Positions 9,906-19,724 of a stretch of DNA of 64,000 bases are shown here, piece after piece. How positions within the stretch are numbered: position 1 is the first letter of the stretch; every line of letters begins with the position of its first letter. The DNA is from a bacterium (lineage in GTDB: Bacteria; JAHJDO01): the NCBI GenBank assembly GCA_030652805.1, contig JAUSPT010000032.1, positions 6,973 to 70,972 of the forward strand. Direction: 5' to 3'. The position numbers and the translations under genes are program-made. Under the pieces are notes generated by a model, which was given only the letters and a program-made list of their open reading frames with translations, searched no databases and was not told where the DNA came from.

Positions 9906-11132
9906 TTAATCAAAACGTTTGATGGTCTTTGCGAAGATTTCCGCTTGACGATCCGCTTCAACAGTATCAAAATAATTGGTTTTCAGCATGATGATCCATG
10001 GCTGGATTTTCTCCCAGACAGGACAACTTCCACGCTCATAGCGGGGTAGCTTGCCTGCGAGCTGAGGATAACGATCCTTGTTCTCATCAACGGACTTGTT
10101 CAGGTTTGCGAAAACAGGTTCAAGATGAACAGGTTGATATGATCCGTAAAAACCGTCGCCTCCAAGCTCAATAAAAGTGGCTAAGAAGTCTGACCACACA
10201 ATATCATTACGCGTGATCCTTGCTGCGTAGTTCCAGTAAGCATTGACGTACCCTTCTGGGTTTTTCTGAGGAACAATCCACTCACAGTCATTAACGACAC
10301 TGTCAAATACATTAGCGCTGTATGTGCGCATCTTTGCCAGTTCATCGATACGCTCAAGTTCAGCTAGCGCTACCGCAGCGGCTATTTCAGGCAGACGCTG
10401 GTTCCAGCCTATACTATCGTGTCTCTGGTAATTCGGTTGGCAACGCAACTGTTCCGAGACTACATTATCGCCCGGTTTAAGAGTAAGATCTTTAAATCCA
10501 ATGGTAGCTGCCTTCCTAGCCGCAAGCGCCAGTGTATCATCTGAACAGATCAAGATACCGCCGTCACCGCAGGTCAGTGTTTTAGAAGACTGAAAACTGA
10601 AGCTGGCAAAATGGCCGATGGAGCCGGTTACGCGTCCTTTGTAGTAACCCAATATGCTCTGAGCATTGTCTTCAATAACAACAAGGTTATGCTCTTCGGC
10701 TAATTCCATGATTGGATCCATATCAGCTGGCAATCCACAGATGGAAACAGGAATAATTGCTCGTGTTCGTGGCGTTATGTGCTTGCGGATGGCGTCTATA
10801 CTGATAGTCCATGTATCAGGATCTACGTCAACAATTATCGGAATAGCATTGCAGTGCAACACTGCCGCCGGAGTTGAAAACACAGTAAAAGTCGGAACAA
10901 TTACCTCATCACCAACCCCAACGCCTGCGGCCATAAGCGCGCTCTGCATTGTAGCAGTGCCGTTGCAGTGAGCTATGCCGTAAGTCTGTCCGAAACGTTC
11001 CGCAAATTCACGCTCGAGCCTAGCAGTCATGCCCACAGAATGGGAATTGTGAAATCCAAAATCAAGAACTTGTTTCACATATTCATAGGACTTTGGTGCA
11101 ACACGCGGGATCCTTTTGGGTAAATTAGCCAT
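9906..11132 (-). CDS. DegT/DnrJ/EryC1/StrS-family sugar aminotransferase (ArnB/perosamine synthase-like)
   Basis: 408 aa. DegT-family PLP fold (GDEVIVPTFT ... SFQSSKTLT lysine region). GC-rich relative to the rest of the genome. Confidence 0.85.
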   Translation of the reverse strand: MANLPKRIPRVAPKSYEYVKQVLDFGFHNSHSVGMTARLEREFAERFGQTYGIAHCNGTATMQSALMAAGVGVGDEVIVPTFTVFSTPAAVLHCNAIPIIVDVDPDTWTISIDAIRKHITPRTRAIIPVSICGLPADMDPIMELAEEHNLVVIEDNAQSILGYYKGRVTGSIGHFASFSFQSSKTLTCGDGGILICSDDTLALAARKAATIGFKDLTLKPGDNVVSEQLRCQPNYQRHDSIGWNQRLPEIAAAVALAELERIDELAKMRTYSANVFDSVVNDCEWIVPQKNPEGYVNAYWNYAARITRNDIVWSDFLATFIELGGDGFYGSYQPVHLEPVFANLNKSVDENKDRYPQLAGKLPRYERGSCPVWEKIQPWIIMLKTNYFDTVEADRQAEIFAKTIKRFD

Positions 11133-11202
11133 AAGACAATTCTCCTTTCTCTTATTATCTATTTAATAACCTAACAATTGATATACAAACCAAAAAATCA
11201 AT

Positions 11203-12591
11203 TCAGTGCTTTTTAGGCAAACTTATAGCAATATTATCTACATCCTCTGCTGCTTCCATAACTGCCTCAGACAGTGTTGGATGTGCATGGATTGTTTCTG
11301 CAAGTTCCCTGTATGTACATTCAGCCTTTATTGCTAGCACACACTCAGCGATCAGTTCTGTTGCATGAGGAGCAATCATTCTCACTCCCAAAATCTCATC
11401 CGTATCCTTGTCAGCTATAATTTTAACCAAGCCTTCTGTCTCTCCTATACACATTGCTTTCCCACTTGCCATTAGAGGGAATCTGCCTATCTTTATCTCA
11501 TGAGTTTCTTTTGCTTTTTGCTCAGTTAAACCAACTCCTGCTACTTCAGGATCTGTATAAACACAGGATGGTATAGCCTTATAATCCATTTTTGAATCCA
11601 TACCCATTATATGCTCCACAGCCACAATTCCCTCCTTTGAAGCAACATGCGCAAGCATAGGGCCTGGCGTAATATCTCCTACCGCATAAATATGTGGAAT
11701 ATTTGTCTGCATATACTCATTTACAAGAATTCTATTTTTATCCAGTTTTATTTGATTCTCTTCTAATCCAATTCCAGAAATATTTGAACTCCTTCCAACA
11801 GCAACAAGCACTCTATCTACTTCAAATGTCTTATCTCCTGACAAATATACATTTGCTGCAGAGTCTCTTTTCTCTACTTTATTAACTTTTGTCTGAGTAA
11901 AAACTTCAATGCCTTTCTTTTTAAAAATGTTCTCAAGCTTACCTGCAATTTCATTATCTTCTTCCGGTAGTATATGAGTCATCATCTCAACTAGTCTTAC
12001 TTTGACTCCAAAAGAATTGAAAATATCTGCAAATTCACAACCAATAACACCTGCGCCTATTATTAAAATACTTCCGGGCAGATTCTCACAAGAAAGAACC
12101 TCTCTGCTTGTCTGGATTATCTCCCCATCTGTTGGAATATTAGCCAATTTCATAGGTTCTGAACCAGTTGCTATTATTATATTATCTGTCTCTACTTCAA
12201 ATTGTTCAGAATTATCTGTTGCTTTTATTATTCCTGAAGATGCAATTTCTCCTTTCCCTTTTATTATTTTAATATCATTACTCTTAAACAAAAATTCTAT
12301 ACCCTTTGTTAGCCTGTTAACAATCTGATTCTTTCTATTTATTATCTTTTCATAATTCAAGGTTATATCAGAAATATTTATGCCAAAATTTTCTGTATTT
12401 TTAAAAGTCCTATATATCTTTGCAGAATGAAGAATAGCTTTTGTGGGAATACATCCTCTGTTAAGACATGTTCCTCCAAGCACTCCATCCTTTTCAACAA
12501 CACAAACCTTTGCTCCTAACTGCGCTGCTCTTATCGCCGCAACATAACCACCAGGTCCTCCACCAATTATTCCAATATCATATTTTGCCAT
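11203..12591 (-). CDS. lpdA: dihydrolipoyl dehydrogenase
   Basis: FAD motif GGGPGGYVAA and redox disulfide GGTCLNRGCIPTK. Start taken at MAKYDIG; the ORF-track start at 12609 would overlap argS. Confidence 0.9.
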   Translation of the reverse strand: MAKYDIGIIGGGPGGYVAAIRAAQLGAKVCVVEKDGVLGGTCLNRGCIPTKAILHSAKIYRTFKNTENFGINISDITLNYEKIINRKNQIVNRLTKGIEFLFKSNDIKIIKGKGEIASSGIIKATDNSEQFEVETDNIIIATGSEPMKLANIPTDGEIIQTSREVLSCENLPGSILIIGAGVIGCEFADIFNSFGVKVRLVEMMTHILPEEDNEIAGKLENIFKKKGIEVFTQTKVNKVEKRDSAANVYLSGDKTFEVDRVLVAVGRSSNISGIGLEENQIKLDKNRILVNEYMQTNIPHIYAVGDITPGPMLAHVASKEGIVAVEHIMGMDSKMDYKAIPSCVYTDPEVAGVGLTEQKAKETHEIKIGRFPLMASGKAMCIGETEGLVKIIADKDTDEILGVRMIAPHATELIAECVLAIKAECTYRELAETIHAHPTLSEAVMEAAEDVDNIAISLPKKH

Positions 12592-12605
12592 TATTCTTTC
12601 CCCTT

Positions 12606-14273
12606 TCACATTTTCTCAGGCGCAGATATGCCAAGAAGCCTGAGTCCATTTGCCAGCACAATTCTGCTAGATTTAACAATCAACAACCTTGCAACTGTCA
12701 ATTCTTTATTTTCAGTAACAACACGGTGTTTATTATAAAAATTATGAAATATCCCAGCAAGTTTTAGTAAATATCCTGCTATTCTGTGAGGTGCGTAAGT
12801 CAGAGCGCTGATTTCGCATATATCTTTAAATCCAGCCAATGTCTTTGCTAATTCAATTTCCTCAGGCTTATTTAGAAGCTCTGTATTGACTTTATCCGTT
12901 TGTCCTATATCAATTTTATCCTCTTCAGAATGTTTTAATATATTACATATCCTTGCATGCGCATACTGGATATAATAAACAGGATTTTTAGAAGACTTTT
13001 CCTTTGCCAGATTTAAATCAAAATCAAGATGACTGCTCTGAGTTCTCATAAGAAAAAAGAATCTGGCAGCATCTTTGCCGACCTCCGCTACTAAATCTCT
13101 CATTGTCTCAAACCTGCCAGCTCTTTTAGACATTTTAATTTTCTCTCCACTGCGCATAAGATTAACCTGCTGAACTATAAAAACATCCAGCCATTTCTCA
13201 TCAATACCCAATGCCTTCATAGCCGTTTTTAATTTTGCTATATGCCCGTGATGATCGGGGCCCATAAAATCAATGGCTTTATCAAATCCCCTCTCAAACT
13301 TATCAAGATGATATGCAATGTCCGCCAGAAAATAAGTTGGCGCTCCATTTTTTTTGATTAAAACTCTGTCTTCGTCGTCACCAAACTTTGTTGATTGAAA
13401 CCACTCTGCATTATCTTTTTCGTATGTAAAACCACGCTCTTCTAATTTTTTCAAAGCATTAGTAATTTTGTCTGAATCATGAAGTGTTTTCTCGCTGAAC
13501 CACTTATCAAACTTAACTCCAAAATCCTCCACATCGCGCTTTTGGTCGCCTAATATCCTTGAAAGATAAAAACTCCTGCATCTATTTTTCACATCATCAT
13601 CTCTCTTGTTCAGCAAGCTCTTGCCATATTCTTTATCCAGTTCTTCTGCCATATCCTTTACGTAGTCACCATGATAGCCTTCTTCCGGAAATGGAAAATC
13701 GGGATTGTATATCTGTTTATACCTTGCAATAAGAGATTCAACAAATCTTGAAACCTGTTCTCCTGCATCGTTTATATAAAATTCCCTTTTTACGTCATAT
13801 CCATTAAACGAGAGAATATTGCACAAACTATCGCCAATAGACGCGGCTCTTGCGCTCACTACATTAAGGGGCCCGGTGGGATTTGACCCTACAAATTCCA
13901 CAAGGATCTTTTTCCCCTCTCCCGTATTACTTCTGCCATAATTCTCTCCTGCCAAAACAACTTCTTTAAAGATATCTATCCAGAACTTCTTGCTGATGTA
14001 AAAATTTATAAATCCAGGTTTAACCAGCAGAACTTTATCTATTAATAAATCTTTAGACAAGGACTGCTGAATATTTTTACATAACTCTTCACCTATACTA
14101 ATTGGAGATTCTTTAAATTTATGCGAGTGCATCATTGCTGCGTTTGTTGAAAAATCACCAAATTTCTCATCTTTTGTTCTTTCTACTGAAACAAGCAGAC
14201 CTCGGATAGAATATATTTTTTCAATACTTTCTTGAACTATTTTTATTATGTGTGTTTTCGCTTTGTTAATCAC
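12606..14273 (-). CDS. argS: arginine--tRNA ligase
   Basis: 555 aa, class I aaRS with HIGH-like and KMSK motifs (KMSKRAG present). Confidence 0.9.
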   Translation of the reverse strand: MINKAKTHIIKIVQESIEKIYSIRGLLVSVERTKDEKFGDFSTNAAMMHSHKFKESPISIGEELCKNIQQSLSKDLLIDKVLLVKPGFINFYISKKFWIDIFKEVVLAGENYGRSNTGEGKKILVEFVGSNPTGPLNVVSARAASIGDSLCNILSFNGYDVKREFYINDAGEQVSRFVESLIARYKQIYNPDFPFPEEGYHGDYVKDMAEELDKEYGKSLLNKRDDDVKNRCRSFYLSRILGDQKRDVEDFGVKFDKWFSEKTLHDSDKITNALKKLEERGFTYEKDNAEWFQSTKFGDDEDRVLIKKNGAPTYFLADIAYHLDKFERGFDKAIDFMGPDHHGHIAKLKTAMKALGIDEKWLDVFIVQQVNLMRSGEKIKMSKRAGRFETMRDLVAEVGKDAARFFFLMRTQSSHLDFDLNLAKEKSSKNPVYYIQYAHARICNILKHSEEDKIDIGQTDKVNTELLNKPEEIELAKTLAGFKDICEISALTYAPHRIAGYLLKLAGIFHNFYNKHRVVTENKELTVARLLIVKSSRIVLANGLRLLGISAPEKM

Positions 14274-14857
14274 TTCTTTTTCTCTTTTCCCAGAAACCAG
14301 TTTAATGCTTTAACTGACCTTGGATGAATTAGCACCTTTTTCTTTACTAAATATGGAATCTTCTTTCTTAGAATAAAAAGCATTGCTCTATCTATATCTT
14401 TCTCTGCTGCTTTTCTTGCATCTACTACTCCTTTATGACCTCTGGCTAATTCTATGAAATCTGCTACATATATAATTTTTGCGACATCGGACATCTTAGG
14501 AGCTGCTGTTGTATGATATCTTATTGCGCTTAATATTTGAGGGGCTGTTATTCCAAAAAGAACACTGGTGAGCTTACTGCCAACTGGAGCATGAAGCAGG
14601 GACTCTGTCCTTAATTCAAGTTTATCAACAGGAATTTTATATTTTTGAACATTATACACCAGTTCATTATATGACATTGATTTTGCGCAATCATGAAGAA
14701 GAGCTGCAAGCTCGACCTTCTTCTCTGAAGCACCAAATCTTTTTGCCAAGTCTAGTGCGGTTTCACATGTTGAAAGAGAATGAGCATATATTTGGTCATT
14801 AAGCATTCTTCTGAGTTTCTTCTTAATATTGTCCATAGCTATTAATAAATCATTCAC
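14270..14857 (-). CDS. HD-domain hydrolase (YqeK-like)
   Basis: 195 aa. HD motif LLHDCAK. Confidence 0.6.
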   Translation of the reverse strand: MNDLLIAMDNIKKKLRRMLNDQIYAHSLSTCETALDLAKRFGASEKKVELAALLHDCAKSMSYNELVYNVQKYKIPVDKLELRTESLLHAPVGSKLTSVLFGITAPQILSAIRYHTTAAPKMSDVAKIIYVADFIELARGHKGVVDARKAAEKDIDRAMLFILRKKIPYLVKKKVLIHPRSVKALNWFLGKEKKK

Positions 14858-14926
14858 GGCATTATATCATTTTGTTAGTATAAGGCAATATTGTAATGGA
14901 ATCACCTATCTGCTAATATAATCAAG

Positions 14927-16456
14927 ATGAAAAAAGCTTATATATACATAGGTCTTTGCATCTTTCTTCTTACCTTCATCTCAAGTGTGCTTACTGTTGT
15001 GGATTATGGTATAACCTGGGATGAACCAATCTATATTTCCTACATTCTTCATCAGATTGATTGGCTAATTTCTCCACATCCTTTCTTGGAAAGCACAATA
15101 GAAAAATTCTGGCAATTTGAACCACATCCACCTCTTGTAAAATATGTTATGAGTGGAGGTTTATTATTGCTGCATAAATCCATTGGCATTCTATACGCTT
15201 GTAGGATACCTATGTGCCTATTATTCTCTCTTCTTATAACCGCTGTTTATTTCTTTAGTTTAAGATACTACAATATTCATACTGCTCTTTTTTCCTCTTT
15301 ATCATTATTCTTAATGCCACGTGTTTTTGCGCATGGACATTTTGCAGTATATGATGTCCCTATTGCTCTAGCCTGGTTTATTGTGACCTGGGCATTTATC
15401 AAGGGAACTAATTCCCTGAAATGGAGTATATTTGTCGGTCTACTATGTGGACTTGCTTTATTAACAAAGGAGAACGCAGTATTTTTAATAATCCCTCTTT
15501 TATTGTGGGGACAAATATATAGAAGAAAATTTTATGCGAGGAATATATTCTTTATCTTTCTTCTTTCCCCTATAGTACTTATAGCACTCTGGCCAAGACT
15601 ATGGTACGACCCTTTTTCTAATATTATTAAGTTTTATATGTATCATGTTAAACATAATCCTGTTAATGTTTTTTATCTTGGAAAAACCTATGGTACACAA
15701 CTTGCTCCCTGGCACTATCCAGTCCTCCTTTTGCTAACAACCGTTCCCTCTGCAACGCTCTTATTATCAATCTACGGAATCCACGCATATATCAAAAAAC
15801 ATCTTAAAGATGAAATTTTAGGCATTGTCATTATAAATATTCTATTTTTATTAATACTAATGTCATTACCAATAGCCAAAAAATATGACGGCATAAGACT
15901 TTTTATGCCTATATTCCCTTTTTTAGCTGTGCTTGCAGGCGTAGGATTCTCTGAACTATATAAGAGAATAAGCACATTTACTAAAACATATAAATTCTTA
16001 GCAAATGGACTTTACTTATTATTGCTTCCTGCACTAATAAGTCTGGCATGCATGCATCCATATCAAACATCCTATTACAACATGTTTATTGGTGGAATCA
16101 GAGGAGCACATAAACTGGGAATGGAAACTACTTACTGGGGAGACTGCATTACAGGGAAAACCATAAAATTTATAAATAATAATACTCCGAAAAATGGACG
16201 CATTATATTTTGTCCGGTTGGCAGTTTTGTACCAAGATACTATAAAGAAACAGGTCTGTTGAGAAAAGACATAGAAATAGCTGACATCAATGATGAGGAT
16301 TTTGATTATCTGATTCTTTTGTCAAGACAGGGAATGTTTAATGACAAACTATGGGAAATATATAAACATGGGAAGCCGATATATGAAGTGTCTTATCAAG
16401 GAGTACCATTCTTAAAGATATACAAAAGAGATGTTCTTTTGCCCAAATCCTTTTGA
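14927..16456 (+). CDS. GT-C fold glycosyltransferase (ArnT/PMT family, GT39/83-like) membrane protein
   Basis: 509 aa, about 11 TM helices. A DE motif (WDEP) sits in the first periplasmic loop, followed by a C-terminal soluble domain. Confidence 0.6.
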   Translation: MKKAYIYIGLCIFLLTFISSVLTVVDYGITWDEPIYISYILHQIDWLISPHPFLESTIEKFWQFEPHPPLVKYVMSGGLLLLHKSIGILYACRIPMCLLFSLLITAVYFFSLRYYNIHTALFSSLSLFLMPRVFAHGHFAVYDVPIALAWFIVTWAFIKGTNSLKWSIFVGLLCGLALLTKENAVFLIIPLLLWGQIYRRKFYARNIFFIFLLSPIVLIALWPRLWYDPFSNIIKFYMYHVKHNPVNVFYLGKTYGTQLAPWHYPVLLLLTTVPSATLLLSIYGIHAYIKKHLKDEILGIVIINILFLLILMSLPIAKKYDGIRLFMPIFPFLAVLAGVGFSELYKRISTFTKTYKFLANGLYLLLLPALISLACMHPYQTSYYNMFIGGIRGAHKLGMETTYWGDCITGKTIKFINNNTPKNGRIIFCPVGSFVPRYYKETGLLRKDIEIADINDEDFDYLILLSRQGMFNDKLWEIYKHGKPIYEVSYQGVPFLKIYKRDVLLPKSF

Positions 16457-16511
16457 CAAAACTAGAGTGAGTTGATATAGTGTGAGACCTCTTAAAACAG
16501 GAAAATCTGAT

Positions 16512-17507
16512 ATGAATTTAATAGAAGAAATCAGAAATAAAGCAAAGTTTGACAGGAAAAGAATAGTCTTGCCTGAGTCACAGGATTTAAGAGTAATACA
16601 AGCTGCATCCATACTGGAAAAAGAGAAGATTGCTGACCCTATCCTATTAGGAAAAAGAGAGAATATAATTAAGGCAGCAAAACATGCCGGTATAAATATA
16701 GAAAACGTGAAAGTAATTGACCCAGAACAAAAAGTAACAGATGAAGATATTGAATTGTTTTATAATATGAGGAAACATAAAGGCATAAGTAAGGAAGATG
16801 CCTGTACACTAATTAAGCAGCCTCTATTATACGCTGCTTTGATGGTGAGAAAAGGCATGGCTGATGGTTCAGTAGCAGGAGCAGTAAATACTACTGCAAA
16901 TACACTGCGCGCTGCAATATGGCTAATAGGCCCTGCAAATGGTATAAAAGTAGTCTCAAGCTGCTTTGTTATGATTGTTCCGGACTGCGTTTATGGGGAG
17001 CATGGTGTTTTTATATACGCTGATGCAGGTATCGTGCCAAATCCAACATCTGAAGAGCTTGCTAGTATTGCCATAGCATCCGCAAAAACAGCCCGTATGT
17101 TCATAAAATCTGAGCCAAGGGTTGCTATGCTCTCATTCTCAACAAAGGGAAGCGCATCTCATAGTCTTATTGATAAAGTAATAAAAGCTACTGAGCTTGC
17201 AAAAAAAATGTGTCCTGATTTACAAATTGACGGAGAGCTACAAGCAGATGCTGCTATTGTTCCAGAAGTTGCAAAAATAAAGGCTCCCCAAAGTAATGTT
17301 GCAGGAAAAGCTAATGTATTAGTATTCCCAAATTTAGAAACAGGAAATATATCGTATAAACTTACTCAGCGCTTGGCAAAAGCAGAAGCAATCGGCCTAA
17401 TTCTTCAGGGACTTCGAAAGCCTGCTAATGATTTATCCAGAGGTTGCAGCACAAATGATATTGTTAATATGTCTGCTATTACAGCCATACAAGCTCACTC
17501 TGCATAG
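16512..17507 (+). CDS. pta: phosphate acetyltransferase / phosphate butyryltransferase
   Basis: Pta/Ptb-fold protein. Start placed at the ATG with an AGGA ribosome-binding site; the track ORF begins at an upstream GTG (16482). Confidence 0.75.
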   Translation: MNLIEEIRNKAKFDRKRIVLPESQDLRVIQAASILEKEKIADPILLGKRENIIKAAKHAGINIENVKVIDPEQKVTDEDIELFYNMRKHKGISKEDACTLIKQPLLYAALMVRKGMADGSVAGAVNTTANTLRAAIWLIGPANGIKVVSSCFVMIVPDCVYGEHGVFIYADAGIVPNPTSEELASIAIASAKTARMFIKSEPRVAMLSFSTKGSASHSLIDKVIKATELAKKMCPDLQIDGELQADAAIVPEVAKIKAPQSNVAGKANVLVFPNLETGNISYKLTQRLAKAEAIGLILQGLRKPANDLSRGCSTNDIVNMSAITAIQAHSA

Positions 17508-17556
17508 GATTAAGTTGTAAGTTAAATAAGTATTTAATGAAAAAAGGAGAATAACA

Positions 17557-17742
17557 GTGGCACTTCCAAAAAGGAAATTTTCAAAATCGAGACGGGATAA
17601 AAAACGCACGCATAAAAAGTTATCATTACCTGCAATGGCTACATGTTCACATTGTAGTCAGGTCAAATCTCCACACAGAGTTTGTCCTCATTGTGGGTAC
17701 TATAATGGTAAAAAAATAATTGAAATGAAGAAGGCTTCATAA
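17557..17742 (+). CDS. rpmF: 50S ribosomal protein L32
   Basis: 61 aa. Basic N-terminus and a CxxC...CxxC zinc ribbon. Classic rpmF-plsX-fabH-fabD synteny. Confidence 0.9.
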   Translation: MALPKRKFSKSRRDKKRTHKKLSLPAMATCSHCSQVKSPHRVCPHCGYYNGKKIIEMKKAS

Positions 17743-17743
17743 T

Positions 17744-18730
17744 ATGAAAATAGCAGTAGATGTTATGGGCTCTGATAAAGGGCCTTCTGTCGTTATACAA
17801 GGAGCGTTAGATGCTGCTAAAAAACAGACCTTTGACCTTGTGCTAGTTGGTGACGAGAAAATAATAAAAAGAGAGTTAATACAACATGGATATACGGGTT
17901 CTAATATCCAGATCAAACATGCGTCTGAAATCATAGCCATGCATGAACCTCCTTCTCAAGCTATTAGGCGAAAAAAAGATTCATCTATGATCAAAGCTGT
18001 AGTCTTGGTTAAAAATAAAGAGGCAGATGCTGTAGTATCAGCTGGCAATACAGGAGCATACATGGCATCCGCTACAATCTACATAAGGACAATAGAAAGT
18101 ATAGAGCGCCCGGCAATCGCTATCTTGATGCCTACTCTAAGTGAAGCTTCCCTACTGCTTGATGTAGGCGCAAATGTGGACTGTAGCCCTTTGAATCTTT
18201 ACCAATTTGCAATAATGGGAAATGAATACAGCAAGTATATCTTGAAAAAAGGAACTCCAAAAGTAGGTCTTTTAAACATTGGAGAGGAGGAACATAAAGG
18301 AAATGACTTAACAAAAAAAGCATATGAAGAACTAAAAAAAGCGCCAATTAACTTTGTTGGCAATGTAGAGGGAAGAGATATTTTTAATGGTAAAGTGGAT
18401 GTTATTGTTTGTGATGGTTTTATTGGCAATATAATCCTTAAGGCTGCTGAAGGACTGGGAGAAAATATATATCTTAAACTACGCAATGAGCTGAAAAGTA
18501 ATTTTCTCTCCAAAATTGGAGCTATGTTGAGTAGAGGAGCTTATAAGAATTTCAAAAAAAGTCTGAACTATGCGGAATATGGCGGCGCGCCTTTCCTTGG
18601 AATTAACGGTGTATGTATAAAAGCACATGGTAACTCCTCTTCTCTGGCCATCAAAAACAGCATTTTGGTAGCTGAAAAATTCGTAAACAACCGTGTTAAT
18701 GAACATATAAAAGAGAGGTTAAAGAACTAA
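17744..18730 (+). CDS. plsX: phosphate acyltransferase
   Basis: 328 aa PlsX family protein, positioned after rpmF. Confidence 0.9.
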   Translation: MKIAVDVMGSDKGPSVVIQGALDAAKKQTFDLVLVGDEKIIKRELIQHGYTGSNIQIKHASEIIAMHEPPSQAIRRKKDSSMIKAVVLVKNKEADAVVSAGNTGAYMASATIYIRTIESIERPAIAILMPTLSEASLLLDVGANVDCSPLNLYQFAIMGNEYSKYILKKGTPKVGLLNIGEEEHKGNDLTKKAYEELKKAPINFVGNVEGRDIFNGKVDVIVCDGFIGNIILKAAEGLGENIYLKLRNELKSNFLSKIGAMLSRGAYKNFKKSLNYAEYGGAPFLGINGVCIKAHGNSSSLAIKNSILVAEKFVNNRVNEHIKERLKN

Positions 18731-18733
18731 AAA

Positions 18734-19723
18734 ATGGAGAATATTAAAGCAGGTATTTTAGGAACTGGTTTTTATGTGCCAGAAAAAATTCTTACGAATG
18801 CAGACCTTGAAAAAATGGTAGATACATCTGACGAATGGATTACAACAAGAACAGGGATAAAAGAAAGACATATAATTGATGATAAACACACTACCTCTGA
18901 TTTGGCTATGTTTGCTTCTCAGGAAACTCTTAAAAATGCCGGCGTAGATGTCAAACAAATAGATTGTATTATTGTTGCCACTATAACCCCTGATATGCCA
19001 TTCCCTTCCACTGCATGCATTCTTCAGGATAAAATAGGAGCTAAAACTGTGTGCGCATTTGATGTGAATGCAGCATGCTGCGGTTTTATTTATGCCTTAA
19101 CAATGGCAAAAAATTTCGTTGAAAATAATACATTTACAAAAGTTTTAGTTGTCGCAGCAGACACACTTTCTAGAATCACAGATTGGACAGATCGTACAAC
19201 CTGTGTGTTATTTGGAGACGGGGCAGGTGCTGCTGTTATTGGACGTGCTATAGATAACAAAAGAGTTATTCTGGACTCATACCTCGGAGCGGATGGTTCA
19301 GCCTGGGATTTATTGAATATGCCCGGTGGAGGTGCACAATTTCCCGCAACACATAAAACGATAGATGAAAGACTGCATTTTCTAAAAATGAGCGGAAATT
19401 CTGTTTTTAAACTTGCTGTTAGGGCAATGACAAATGCTGCAGAAACAGTACTTGCTAAATGCAAGCTAAAAAATGAAGACATAGATATTGTTATTCCCCA
19501 TCAGGCGAACTTGAGAATTATAAACGCTCTAGCACGCAAACTCAACACTCCTCTGGAAAAAGTATGGATAAATGTTACAAGATATGGAAACGTCTCAGGC
19601 GCTTCTGTACCAATAGCAATGGCTGAAGCAGCTGCTTCGGGAAAATTAAAAGATGGACAGATAATACTTCTGGATGCTTTCGGCGCTGGTCTTACATGGG
19701 CATCAGCTGTTATAAGGTGGTAG
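18734..19723 (+). CDS. fabH: 3-oxoacyl-ACP synthase III
   Basis: 329 aa. Active-site Cys context (AACCGF) and a C-terminal GAGLTW region. Confidence 0.9.
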   Translation: MENIKAGILGTGFYVPEKILTNADLEKMVDTSDEWITTRTGIKERHIIDDKHTTSDLAMFASQETLKNAGVDVKQIDCIIVATITPDMPFPSTACILQDKIGAKTVCAFDVNAACCGFIYALTMAKNFVENNTFTKVLVVAADTLSRITDWTDRTTCVLFGDGAGAAVIGRAIDNKRVILDSYLGADGSAWDLLNMPGGGAQFPATHKTIDERLHFLKMSGNSVFKLAVRAMTNAAETVLAKCKLKNEDIDIVIPHQANLRIINALARKLNTPLEKVWINVTRYGNVSGASVPIAMAEAAASGKLKDGQIILLDAFGAGLTWASAVIRW

Positions 19724-19724
19724 A

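Noticed and set aside
12591-12609. Longer N-terminal extensions offered by the ORF track (lpdA at 12609, pip at 39952, the Cache-PAS gene at 40964, pta at 16482)
   Set aside because: The extensions overlap upstream genes or lack ribosome-binding sites. Internal Met codons with Shine-Dalgarno-like sequences give conventional N-termini.
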